Shown here: in pieces, positions 39,690-49,432 of the stretch
How the letters are laid out: every line of letters starts with the position of its first letter
How positions within the stretch are numbered: the stretch's first letter is position 1
NCBI GenBank assembly: GCA_965221165.1
Contig: CBDCRP010000002.1
Span: 96,001-160,000 of the forward strand
Length of the DNA: 64,000 nt
Direction of reading: 5' to 3'
From: a bacterium
Lineage (GTDB): Bacteria; UBA8248
Program-made: the position numbers and the translations under genes
The notes under the pieces: model-generated
Databases searched by the model: none
Told to the model about the DNA's origin: nothing
What the model saw: the letters and a program-made list of their open reading frames with translations, nothing else

Positions 39690-42600
39690 TTACTTGACGC
39701 CGAATAAGCCACGGAGCCCTCTTTCCAGGGTTTTTTCGAGTTTCTTTCCCAGTCTCTTGAGCTGGTGTCCCTCTTCGCCGGGTTCTTTTCCGGAATCTTT
39801 TTCTGGCGGTCTTCCACCACTCTCCGGCTTCGGCACTATTTTTTGCACTCCCTTAATCGCAGTACCAAGAATATCTGTTATGATATCTTTCACATTCTCT
39901 CCCAAGTTCTCCACCTTCTCAAACAAACTCACGAAAATTGGCTCTACTATGGCATCCAGAAAATGGAACTCTGGGTCATCCAAACGCCCTTCTACCCGAA
40001 CATTCAGTGAAATCGTATTGTTCCGCCCTTCGAGAAGGCGGAATACGGACGCTCGGAGCAGTTTCAGGACCAGATCGGCCAACGGAGACTTTTCATCCGG
40101 TTTTAATCGTAATCCGGTAATTTTAGCGCGCCCATCCAATTTTAGTTGCTTATTCCTTAATGAATAGGTGGAGGTGAAATCCAACTTTCCTCCTGTAATC
40201 TCGGTCCCTCGCATCAACAAAGCATTTACAGTCTCTCCTTGGATATCACGGGCATAGGGAGATATTTTACGCAGATCAAAACGCGAGAGATTGAAGGAGC
40301 CATCTACATCCGGGGGCACCAAGCCGGGATTCAGAGTCGCTTCAGCAAAAATCGAAGGCGATTCTCCGAACGTTTTGAACTCCAAGTGTGTTTCTCGCAG
40401 GTTTGGGACCATAGCCGTATCCAAGTTCGTCATCAAGAGCCTGGCATCTTTAACTCTCAAAACAACCGGGGGTTTATCTGAAGCTATAAAATCCTCAAAA
40501 TGAAATTCCATTTTTTCAATTTCGAATTTTGCAATTTTGAGGATCGGTAACAGTGGCTTTTTTGCTTTTTTCTGGGCATTTTGGCGTTTCCGCGACGCTG
40601 TCTTTGTTTTTGAATACAAGGGAGGAGTTGGGAGTTTCTCACCCGACACAGTTTTTCCCTTACCGTCACTTCTTATTTGCTGGGCTCGTTTAGCATCCCC
40701 TTTTGATTTCTCCAATAAAGATTCAAAATTACTTTTTCTTTTTGCATGACGCATATAACGAACTTTCAATGTTTTCATCCGAATGTTTGGGGAACGTATC
40801 TCTCCTCGCATAAGAGATGAACGATCCAATAGTGCTCTCAAATCTTGCAGAATAACGTCGGGCTCCGCATTCGGTCTGCTGAAATCGTTTATCTTTAGCT
40901 CAGGAGCCCAAATTTCTATTACATTATTACTCAACTGTCCCGAAATATTGCCTGACACATTCAAATTCGGATAATCGACATGAGCAAGCGATTTCAGATT
41001 CGCCGCGACCGACCATTTGCTTGAAATCGACCGTGTTTTTTGTCTGTCCCTCGAAATTTCAATCAAACCTTCGGCGCTACCCGCCATCAATAATTTCGAT
41101 ACCTGCTCTCCTAAAATACTCCCGACCAATGAAGTCACATCCCTAAGACTCGATATCGTCCATTGAAATTGGACTAAATCCATCCCGTGCATATTCCAAT
41201 CAGCAGGTTTCAGCATTTGAATACGCCCGAATGGCATAACCAAGTTCAGGGTTTGCACCCTTGCAGATTGATTTAGGAAATCATAAGAACCAGCGGCTTG
41301 AATGTTAATCTTTCCTGCACGCAGCGTTTTCCATCTTTGGCTTATCAGCCCAAGGAATTCTCCACCCAAGTCATCACTCCTGAGGCCTAGGCTCCAACTT
41401 ACCTTCTTTCTCGGAGAATAGTAAAAATCTATTTTCCCGCCAATCTCTCCGACCGGATCACGAAAAGCAGGAGGAAGACTTACAAATTTCACCAAAGGGG
41501 ATATATGGACAGGATCGAAGGATGCGGAACCTTTATAGGAAAACCCAGGACCATTTTTCCTGTTTCTCGTACCTGATAGTAAAATTTTCAGTTCTTCACC
41601 CTTGGGTCCCCATTTAACGGGATGCCCCATCAATTTTCCTAGCCAGACCTCGGCAGCACTCAAATCCGTTACGTTAAGCGTCAGCGAAAACCCATCCCGC
41701 CTTCTTTGGTTCCATAAGGCTGCATGATTCAAATATGCCCTTGCGAAGGGCAATTCAAGATCTAATGTTTGTATTTCAGAAGAACCATTCAACGGTAGGT
41801 AAGAACCTTGGGATTGGAGGCTAATAGATTCCAAGAAGACATCACGCCACTTTTCATTTGAAATTGTCTTAGCCCTAATATCGACCTTTTGCCCGGCAAT
41901 ATCCATATTCCAACGAACAACACCATCGTGAGCTAAAGATAATTGCAATTCACCACTCACACGGCCTGTGGCTTTTTGCACGTGCCAAGGCAATAGGACT
42001 AAATCCGCGAATGGCGCAATTGGCAAAGAGTCAAACTGCGCGTTCGTATCTATTTTGAAGGCCAAGGAATTTTTTCGATTTCGCGACACGGTAGTACTAA
42101 AACGTATTTTCGCACCTTTGGAAACATCTTCAGGAGATACCAACCCGAGCCTCTCCAGCAAATTGGATGCAGATGACAAGTCATTCACTTCAATGGATAA
42201 AGCCGCTTCATCATCACCAGAGACATTCCATTTCGCGGGCTTTGCGAGTCGCGCTGTGGCAAACGGCAACTTAATTTCGAAGATGCTAATTCGTGCAGAT
42301 GTATTCTTAATATCAAAGCTTCCTCTCGAGCGGATAAGAGATTCCCCTACCTGTACGACCTCCCATCGTTTTCTCTTGTCCAGCCTCACGCTGGCACCTA
42401 CATCTCGTACTTTCAAAGCAACATCCCACTGCACCCGCTCACCAGAAACAAAAACCACATGCGCTTTTCCGCCCATATTTCCTTTGATTTTCGAGACATT
42501 ATCAAAAAGAGGAATGAATACATTGAATTGAGCTAAATCTATTGGATCAAAATGAGACGTCACCTCTATTTGAACAACATCATCTGGTATTTTTCGATCT

Positions 42601-43844
42601 CTTCTCGCCGATATCGCAATTTTAGCTGCCGTGCTTTTTTTGAATCCTCGAATGGGGGTATCCGTGATTCGAGAAATCCAGCTACCCGCCCCACCCATAT
42701 CGTGGACATTCGCTTCCAAATGAATTTCATCTTTCGTTGAGACATTCCAAAATGAAGGCTTTGTCAGATTTACGTTTACAAAAGGCGTCTCAAGAAAGAA
42801 AGAGCCTATACGAGCGGAATTTTCGAACAGGTCGTATTGACCTTTTGTCTTCAATTTTAATCTAGGTAATATGAATTTCCGCCATTTTGCTTGTCGATTC
42901 ACTTTGAAATCCGCTTGAATGGTCTCTCCTTTCAAGTCGAGGTTCCAAGCAATTGATCTTCCAGCAAAATAGTCAAATTTCAAATTCCCCGTGAAAATTC
43001 CTTTCCACAAACGGTAACCCTCTGTTATCGGCAACATCGCAGCCATCAAAGATAAGTCAAACAGAGGCATTTCGAGCGATGCGCGATAACTTCGCCCATT
43101 AGTATCGATGTGCACACCACCTTTTAGCTGGATGAGTAGTCGCTCATCCGGTTTCTGGCACTTCCCGTCGAGAAAAACATCCAATGGCTCACCCGGTTTT
43201 ATTTTGTCGACTTCTATGTGTGCAAAAGAACATGAGGCATCAAAAGCCGGCATGACATCACCGGCACCAAATCGAAATTCGCTTGTTACGTCATGGAAGT
43301 CTAATTCGTGAATCGTCAGACCAAACCCTGGTTCAACGCTTTGCGCACCGCTCTCCGCAGCTTCGGCGGATGGGGTGAATGAAAAAGGAATTTTTATGTT
43401 TTTCGCCCGCGCTGGATTCGTCTTTTTTTTCCGTCGATTCAGATTATCGATGATATCCTGGAAATTGAATCTTCCATTCGCATCCCTACTTACATGGGCA
43501 AAGACACCTTTTATGGTGAGTTGAAGTATGCTGATGTGCTTGTAAATCAAGGTCGATGGATTCAGTAATACCTCAACATCACTGAACCGGGCGAAGGGTT
43601 TGCCCTTTGCTCCGACTTTTTCTCTTTTCTCGTCTATGACAACTCCACTGGCTTTGATCTTGAATAACCCTACATCCAGTCGCTCAATGGAGACTTTCCT
43701 CCCCAGCAATTCTTGCCCTTCCCTCTCCGCAATTTTGATAACCTCATCCGAGGAAAGAAAAATTTGCACGGCAATAATTCCAACAATGATGAAAAAGAAA
43801 AATATGCCGGCAATCCAAACTACCCATCTCAGAAATCGATACAT
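39690..43844 (-). CDS. AsmA-like / DUF748 envelope protein with four internal ~172-aa repeats
   Basis: N-terminal TM anchor, LLGRKVSIERL and RDANGRFNFQDI (AsmA N-term), C-terminal FDLRKISPY..VEGRLDDPEF (DUF748-like). Confidence 0.75.
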   Translation of the reverse strand: MYRFLRWVVWIAGIFFFFIIVGIIAVQIFLSSDEVIKIAEREGQELLGRKVSIERLDVGLFKIKASGVVIDEKREKVGAKGKPFARFSDVEVLLNPSTLIYKHISILQLTIKGVFAHVSRDANGRFNFQDIIDNLNRRKKKTNPARAKNIKIPFSFTPSAEAAESGAQSVEPGFGLTIHELDFHDVTSEFRFGAGDVMPAFDASCSFAHIEVDKIKPGEPLDVFLDGKCQKPDERLLIQLKGGVHIDTNGRSYRASLEMPLFDLSLMAAMLPITEGYRLWKGIFTGNLKFDYFAGRSIAWNLDLKGETIQADFKVNRQAKWRKFILPRLKLKTKGQYDLFENSARIGSFFLETPFVNVNLTKPSFWNVSTKDEIHLEANVHDMGGAGSWISRITDTPIRGFKKSTAAKIAISARRDRKIPDDVVQIEVTSHFDPIDLAQFNVFIPLFDNVSKIKGNMGGKAHVVFVSGERVQWDVALKVRDVGASVRLDKRKRWEVVQVGESLIRSRGSFDIKNTSARISIFEIKLPFATARLAKPAKWNVSGDDEAALSIEVNDLSSASNLLERLGLVSPEDVSKGAKIRFSTTVSRNRKNSLAFKIDTNAQFDSLPIAPFADLVLLPWHVQKATGRVSGELQLSLAHDGVVRWNMDIAGQKVDIRAKTISNEKWRDVFLESISLQSQGSYLPLNGSSEIQTLDLELPFARAYLNHAALWNQRRRDGFSLTLNVTDLSAAEVWLGKLMGHPVKWGPKGEELKILLSGTRNRKNGPGFSYKGSASFDPVHISPLVKFVSLPPAFRDPVGEIGGKIDFYYSPRKKVSWSLGLRSDDLGGEFLGLISQRWKTLRAGKINIQAAGSYDFLNQSARVQTLNLVMPFGRIQMLKPADWNMHGMDLVQFQWTISSLRDVTSLVGSILGEQVSKLLMAGSAEGLIEISRDRQKTRSISSKWSVAANLKSLAHVDYPNLNVSGNISGQLSNNVIEIWAPELKINDFSRPNAEPDVILQDLRALLDRSSLMRGEIRSPNIRMKTLKVRYMRHAKRKSNFESLLEKSKGDAKRAQQIRSDGKGKTVSGEKLPTPPLYSKTKTASRKRQNAQKKAKKPLLPILKIAKFEIEKMEFHFEDFIASDKPPVVLRVKDARLLMTNLDTAMVPNLRETHLEFKTFGESPSIFAEATLNPGLVPPDVDGSFNLSRFDLRKISPYARDIQGETVNALLMRGTEITGGKLDFTSTYSLRNKQLKLDGRAKITGLRLKPDEKSPLADLVLKLLRASVFRLLEGRNNTISLNVRVEGRLDDPEFHFLDAIVEPIFVSLFEKVENLGENVKDIITDILGTAIKGVQKIVPKPESGGRPPEKDSGKEPGEEGHQLKRLGKKLEKTLERGLRGLFGVK

Positions 43845-44006
43845 AAGTGACTCATATAGGGAGACCCACTAGCGGCTCATGGGTCATAAAAATATACACG
43901 GATTTTACGCCACTGCCTTATAAGGTATATTAACAAAATCCAAAGTTTTTTTATTTCTTCTCATATTTGCAATGGAGTCATTCTTCATTCTAATTCAGGT
44001 ATCCAT

Positions 44007-45302
44007 ATGAAAAAAAATAACGATATTCCAAGCCTAAGCTCCAACAACCTGAAACCGAATCAAAGCCGAGAAGTTTTCTCCTGGTGCATGTACGACTTCG
44101 CAAACTCCGCTTTTCCAACACTAATCGTTACGGTTGCGTATAGCGTCTATTTCAAGAAAATCGTAGCCGGCGGCGGTGGAAATGCAGACTTTCTGTGGGG
44201 AATATCACTCTCTATAGCCATGATTTTAAGCGTGACCATCACCCCGCCTTTGAGCGCAATTGCCGACAGACGAAGCGCCCGTAAACGTTTCTTAATCCTT
44301 TACGCCTATATTTGCGTATTGGCCACCGCCCTTTTGTCAAATGTAACTACTGGCATGATCTTTGCCGGAATGGCGCTTTTCATCATCGCCACAGCTGCGT
44401 TCGAAAGCTCTCTCATCTTTTACAATTCTTTTTTGCCCGACATCTCTTCCCCGAAAACTGTCGGAAAAATTAGTGGCTGGGGCTGGGGACTAGGTTATCT
44501 GGGCGGTCTGCTTTGTCTTTTTTTAGTCAAACCTTTTTTGGCCGGGGGGTTCTCGCAAGAAAATCTTCCCTTGTTCCGTATGAGCTTCGTTGCGGTCGCC
44601 GTGTTTTACGGCCTGTTCACGCTTCCGTTAATTTTTTGGCTCCGCGAGACTAAACCCAAATCCATAAAACCACCCGAAAAAGGCGCTTTCGCCGAACTAT
44701 GGAAAACACTACGGGACATGAGAAAAACCCCGGGCGCACTCAAATTCTTGCTGGCCTTTTTCCTCTACAACGACGGGATTGTCACCGTCATCTCCTTCAG
44801 TTCGATCTATGCGGTCTCTACACTGAAATTCACCATGGGTGAAGTGTTAAGTCTTTTTATAATGGTTCAAGTCTCGGCAGGCGTCGGCGCGTTTGCACTC
44901 GGGTATTTGACGGATTCCTGGGGGCCGCGAAAGACAATTCTGCTGACTCTGGCGAATTGGTGCGTGGTCGTCATCGTGGCCTATTTCACAGAAACGAAAT
45001 ATGTCTTCTTGGGTGTCTCACTGTTGGCGGGGCTTTCCCTTGGTTCCAGCCAATCAGCAAGCCGTGCTCTGATGGCAAGCTATATTCCTGAAAAAAGATC
45101 CGCGCAATCATTTTCGTTTTACGGCATTTGCGGCAAAATGAGTTCGGTTCTCGGCCCACTAGTTTTCGGGGGTGTTTCCGCACTTACGGGAGAGCAAAGA
45201 ACAGCAATATTATCCGTGCTCGTCTTTTTCCTGGTGGGGGGCACCTTACTGTGGCTAACGCCGGAAACCAGGAAATCGGTTCTGCATAGCCAGGGGACAT
45301 GA
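44007..45302 (+). CDS. MFS transporter, UMF1/BtlA(Atg22-like) family
   Basis: SWCMYDFANSAF, FYNSFLP, GWGLGYLGG, FLYNDG, QSASRAL. Confidence 0.9.
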   Translation: MKKNNDIPSLSSNNLKPNQSREVFSWCMYDFANSAFPTLIVTVAYSVYFKKIVAGGGGNADFLWGISLSIAMILSVTITPPLSAIADRRSARKRFLILYAYICVLATALLSNVTTGMIFAGMALFIIATAAFESSLIFYNSFLPDISSPKTVGKISGWGWGLGYLGGLLCLFLVKPFLAGGFSQENLPLFRMSFVAVAVFYGLFTLPLIFWLRETKPKSIKPPEKGAFAELWKTLRDMRKTPGALKFLLAFFLYNDGIVTVISFSSIYAVSTLKFTMGEVLSLFIMVQVSAGVGAFALGYLTDSWGPRKTILLTLANWCVVVIVAYFTETKYVFLGVSLLAGLSLGSSQSASRALMASYIPEKRSAQSFSFYGICGKMSSVLGPLVFGGVSALTGEQRTAILSVLVFFLVGGTLLWLTPETRKSVLHSQGT

Positions 45303-45349
45303 TGTGTTCGCCCGCTCTCGCTGAAAGCACAACATGTTGAACATACCTT

Positions 45350-45742
45350 TTGTCATGCCCATCTTACGGAGTTGATTTGGATTTTCGTGAACAGATTTAC
45401 CAAAGACTAATGTTTCATCTTGGTGAAGTAGATGTTTCGCGAGAAACCGTAGAGGCCTTCGCGTCGAATATCGTTCACATTCTCGATCGCATTACGCAAG
45501 ACAGAGTATACGAGGCGAGTTTGCGCCAAATTCTTCAACGCTACGCCAATGAGTGGGCGGAGCAATCTTCTCGTAGAATTTTAGATGTCAAAAATGATGA
45601 GGCCACGGAAATCGTCTACGAGATGGTTGATCGTCAAGCGCGAAACCGCGCCATCCGAGCACTCAGGAAAGTCTTGCTGGACACGCTGCAAGACCAGAAA
45701 AAACCACTGGATGATCTTGATTTTTTTGACGAAACCGAATGA
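45350..45742 (+). CDS. Hypothetical helical protein (start uncertain)
   Basis: 130-codon ORF filling the gap between co-oriented genes, with natural composition and an acidic tail. Confidence 0.6.
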   Translation: MSCPSYGVDLDFREQIYQRLMFHLGEVDVSRETVEAFASNIVHILDRITQDRVYEASLRQILQRYANEWAEQSSRRILDVKNDEATEIVYEMVDRQARNRAIRALRKVLLDTLQDQKKPLDDLDFFDETE

Positions 45743-45763
45743 TTCCGAACATAGGGGTTCACT

Positions 45764-46157
45764 ATGCCAGAAAAAGAATTAGCCGACGAAATCGCCAAAC
45801 GCAGAGGGCGCAGATACCCGGCTCATGAATTCATTGCCGCAAAATTTCCCGACTACATGGAAGCGCTTTTGCATCTCGACGAGATCATCCGTGCGAAAGA
45901 GAGAAGATTCAATGAACCAATGCATGAACTATTTCATATTCTGGCCCTCGCTGTTGAAGGATCAAACCCACATAACCAGCCGCATCTCAAACAGCATCTG
46001 AAAAAAGGTCAAACTAGGCCTACACCCCGAGGAAATCGCAGAGGCGCTTATGGTCTGCGTAAACCCTGCGGGCTCTAAAGTGTTGACTTATGGGGTCACC
46101 TGCATGCTCGAAGCAATGGATGAACTCAAAGACGAGGGGTGGACATACCCCGACTAG
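45764..46157 (+). pseudogene. CMD-family protein with a frameshift at ~46001-46008
   Basis: HLKQHLKK continues in the +1 frame as VKLGLHPEEIAEALMVCVNPAG...GWTYPD*, the usual CMD H..A..G...EEI.EAL motif. Confidence 0.75.
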
Positions 46158-46188
46158 AAGATTCTTCTATACTTCATGCCTACGATAT

Positions 46189-46518
46189 TTACGCTTCTGC
46201 TCGAATCGCTTCCTCGCGTAAAGGAGAATATATGCCAATATATGTAATGGGCGTTGGCGCATCCAGCCGATGCGGCACCCCCTTGGGTATATGAACCACC
46301 TGACCCGCTTTGACTTTGCGCGTTTCCCCAGCAACAGTAAATCTGGCTTCCCCCTTCATGAGATATACGAGTTGTTCTACATCATGACTATGGTCCTGCT
46401 CCGTCCCCCCCTCTCTTTCAATATGCAACATCATGACATTCTCACCGACAACAAGTCTGCGCTCTCTGCCCGGCATCTTTTGCGGTTCAATTTCCGCCAG
46501 ATCGTAGAAATACTGCAT
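46189..46518 (-). CDS. Cupin domain protein
   Basis: HSHDVEQLVY..GE and IPKGVPH motifs, YSPLRE. AGGAGG RBS before ATG 46518. Confidence 0.88.
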   Translation of the reverse strand: MQYFYDLAEIEPQKMPGRERRLVVGENVMMLHIEREGGTEQDHSHDVEQLVYLMKGEARFTVAGETRKVKAGQVVHIPKGVPHRLDAPTPITYIGIYSPLREEAIRAEA

Positions 46519-46688
46519 CTGTATGCTCCTCCTGGGTTTCGTTCCGAATTGATTTTCCGATTGTTGACTTTTCAAGTATCGTTCGCAAGGTCATCACAAT
46601 ATCCGTCTTGCAATCACACACCCATCATCCCTAGAATCCTCCCCTGTTGTGTCGAACCTCCCATAGTTTGATAGAGGATAAACTCTCG

Positions 46689-48098
46689 ATGAACGCTGAC
46701 ATCCGAGTTCGCTTTGCTCCATCCAACACGGGCTACCTCCATATCGGCGGTGCACGCACCGCGCTGTTTAATTGGTTTTTTGCGAGACATCACACAGGCG
46801 CAGCTATCCTGAGAATCGAAGACACCGACCGACAACGTTCTACAGAAGAATATTACGACGCGATACTGAAAGCATTCGATTGGCTGGGACTTGAATGGGA
46901 CGAAGGCCCATATCGGCAATCTCAACGTATGGGTTTGTACCAAGAAGCGGCCGACAAACTCCTATCCTCCGGCGCCGCCTATCGATGCACATGTACACCT
47001 GAGAATGTGAACGCCATGCGCGACCGGGCCCGCGCCGAGGGAAAAACACCGAAATATGACGGCGCCTGCCGGGATCGCTACGACAAGGACCCGGATGTCC
47101 CGTTTTGTCTCCGTCTCCGAGTGCCTGATATTGGAGAGACAATTGTTGCCGACGTCCTTGCCGGAGATGTCGTATTCGAGAACTCGCAGTTGGACGACAT
47201 GGTCATCGTTCGCACCGATGGGGCGCCTACATACAATTTTTGCGTAGCCATCGATGACATCGACATGAAGATCACCCATGTGATACGCGGCAACGACCAT
47301 CTCTCAAATACACCCAAACAAGTCCTCGTCTACCAAGCCCTAAATAAAGCAACGCCAAAATTCGCGCACATATCGATGATATTAGGCCCCGATAAGAAAA
47401 GACTATCCAAGCGCCATGGCGCAGATTCGGTATTGGAATATAAAAATCGAGGTTTTCTTCCTGATGCGTTAATCAACTATCTAGTGCGGCTCGGATGGAG
47501 CCATGGAGATCAAGAGATATTCTCCAAAGAGGAGATTATCGGAAATTTTTCTTTGGAAAACCTGAATAGATCTGCCGCGATCTTCAATCCGGAGAAATTA
47601 TTATGGGTGAATAAAGAATATATCAAATCAGCCGATAGTCATTTCCTGGTGGAATCACTCGATGCGGGTCTTAAAGAACGGGGCTTATCACCAAACCTGC
47701 TAACGCACGGAACACGCAGGGGCATTGTGGATGAACTCAGAACGCGCTCGGAAACTCTAACGAACATGATAGAGGGGGCTCGTTTTTTCTTTGAAAATGA
47801 AGTCGAGCTGGACGAGAAGGCCGCGTCAAAATTCCTGAAACCGGAAATCTCGGGTCCAATCATGAAATTGCGGGATGAATTAACCAAAATCGATACGTTT
47901 TCAACTGAAAACGTGAAATCGGCCTTTCATCACGTCCTGGAAGAAGAGGCCTTAAAGCTCGGCAAACTGGCCCAACCCGTGCGCGTCGCCATTACGGGCG
48001 GAACCATCAGTCCCGGTATTTTCGAGACGCTCAGTCTTCTCGGCAAAGACAGAACCATCCACCGCCTCAATGCTGCGTTAGCTAAAATCAATCGATAA
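46689..48098 (+). CDS. gltX: Glutamate--tRNA ligase
   Basis: RVRFAPSNTGYLHIGG, LRIEDTD, THVIRGNDH, KRLSKRHG, LVRLGWS. Confidence 0.96.
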   Translation: MNADIRVRFAPSNTGYLHIGGARTALFNWFFARHHTGAAILRIEDTDRQRSTEEYYDAILKAFDWLGLEWDEGPYRQSQRMGLYQEAADKLLSSGAAYRCTCTPENVNAMRDRARAEGKTPKYDGACRDRYDKDPDVPFCLRLRVPDIGETIVADVLAGDVVFENSQLDDMVIVRTDGAPTYNFCVAIDDIDMKITHVIRGNDHLSNTPKQVLVYQALNKATPKFAHISMILGPDKKRLSKRHGADSVLEYKNRGFLPDALINYLVRLGWSHGDQEIFSKEEIIGNFSLENLNRSAAIFNPEKLLWVNKEYIKSADSHFLVESLDAGLKERGLSPNLLTHGTRRGIVDELRTRSETLTNMIEGARFFFENEVELDEKAASKFLKPEISGPIMKLRDELTKIDTFSTENVKSAFHHVLEEEALKLGKLAQPVRVAITGGTISPGIFETLSLLGKDRTIHRLNAALAKINR

Positions 48099-48159
48099 AT
48101 GATTTCGCCATCGTCCTTGACGAATAAAGATCTCATACATATAAACATCTAGGCCTTTC

Positions 48160-48233
48160 TGGGGGATCGTCTAGCGGCAGGACACCAGACTCTGGATCTG
48201 GGTACGGAGGTTCGAATCCTCCTCCCCCAGCCA
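48160..48233 (+). tRNA. tRNA-Gln (anticodon CTG)
   Basis: TGGGGGA/TCCCCCA acceptor stem, CCAGA-CTCTGGA-TCTGG anticodon arm, GGAGG-TTCGAAT-CCTCC T arm, encoded CCA. Confidence 0.97.
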
Positions 48234-48645
48234 CTCAATAAGACGAACTTCTATGTGGGCCATCTAAATCTATGTGGCCCACCTCAATCCGTGATTTTCC
48301 GCGTCCTCCCCATGCCTTATCAGCCCAAGGGTCATTTGACCTGGATTTTTTGTCCACCTCCACTTACAGAGTGAACCTATCCATGCTAACAGGCGGTGTT
48401 TTCCGAACCGGATACGCAGAAGTTTTCATACTCGTTTGAGGAGAAAGTAGCCCCACAACCTCATTTTATTCAACACGCCCGCCGCTTCCGCGGATTCCTG
48501 GGCGAGCGCTGTTTTTCCAATCAACTGACAGCCGTTCGGAAATTGCGTCGGGTGGCGCTATCGTCTATACTCCATCTCGTGCTTTGCACATATGCCAAAA
48601 TGGTGAATACATAGTGAAATCGGTCTAAAATATCTTATTGAGGGA

Positions 48646-49308
48646 ATGATCATGACTCTAAGAATCAATGATGAAGCACCAGATTTTTCCGCCGACACGA
48701 CCCAAGGTCCTATCAATTTTCACGAGTGGATTGGAGATGGCTGGGCCATCATATTTTCGCACCCGAAGGACTTTACACCAGTCTGCACCACAGAACTCGG
48801 GACTATGGCTGGACTCAAGTCGGAATTCGACAAAAGAAACTGTAAGGTGATCGGCATCAGCGTCGATGGAGTTGCCGATCATGAAAAATGGTCCAAAGAT
48901 ATTGAAAGCTCTCAAGGCCATGCCGTGAACTATCCTCTGATTGGCGACCCCGAACTCAAAATAGTCAAATCCTATGACATGCTCCCGGCTGATGCGGGTG
49001 ACATGTCAGAGGGTCGAACGGCCGCTCACAATGCGACAGCCCGGTCGGTGTTCGTTATCGGGCCGGACAAGAAGATCAAGGCGACGCTCACATATCCGAT
49101 GAGCACCGGCCGGAATTTTAGTGAAATCCTCAGACTATTGGACTCCTGCCAACTGACAGCCAGTGAACAAGTAGCGACTCCGGCGAACTGGCAACAGGGT
49201 GAAGACGTGATTATCCTGCCGGCTGTTTCGGATGAGGATGCGAAGAAGAGATATCCTGGTGGATGGGAGACGCCGCTTCCATATATTCGGGTCGTAAAAC
49301 AACCATGA
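48646..49308 (+). CDS. 1-Cys peroxiredoxin (Prx6 family)
   Basis: FSHPKDFTPVCTTE, YPMSTGRNFSEILR, TPANW. Confidence 0.93.
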   Translation: MIMTLRINDEAPDFSADTTQGPINFHEWIGDGWAIIFSHPKDFTPVCTTELGTMAGLKSEFDKRNCKVIGISVDGVADHEKWSKDIESSQGHAVNYPLIGDPELKIVKSYDMLPADAGDMSEGRTAAHNATARSVFVIGPDKKIKATLTYPMSTGRNFSEILRLLDSCQLTASEQVATPANWQQGEDVIILPAVSDEDAKKRYPGGWETPLPYIRVVKQP

Positions 49309-49378
49309 GTATCGACATCGCGTCTGCCGATGGACGCGACTAAGGAGGGGAATTACAAGCTTCTTGTTTAGGGAAAGA

Positions 49379-49413
49379 AAGAGCCGCGGCTAAATTGCTA
49401 GCCGCGGCTCTTT
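49379..49413. terminator. Bidirectional intrinsic terminator
   Basis: AAGAGCCGCGGCTA-AATTGC-TAGCCGCGGCTCTT between convergent genes. Confidence 0.8.
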
Positions 49414-49432
49414 ATGTTTTCCAATGAGAGGG

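Noticed and set aside
43912-43940. dif-like site CTGCCTTATAA-GGTATA-TTAACAAAATC about 5 kb from ftsK
   Set aside because: The right arm lacks the conserved XerD TTATGT core; more likely a divergent promoter region. A dif profile search plus GC skew would settle it.
45433-45448. parS-like TGTTTCGCGAGAAACC (VSRET)
   Set aside because: Three mismatches to TGTTTCACGTGAAACA, single copy, inside an ORF, no par or origin genes nearby.
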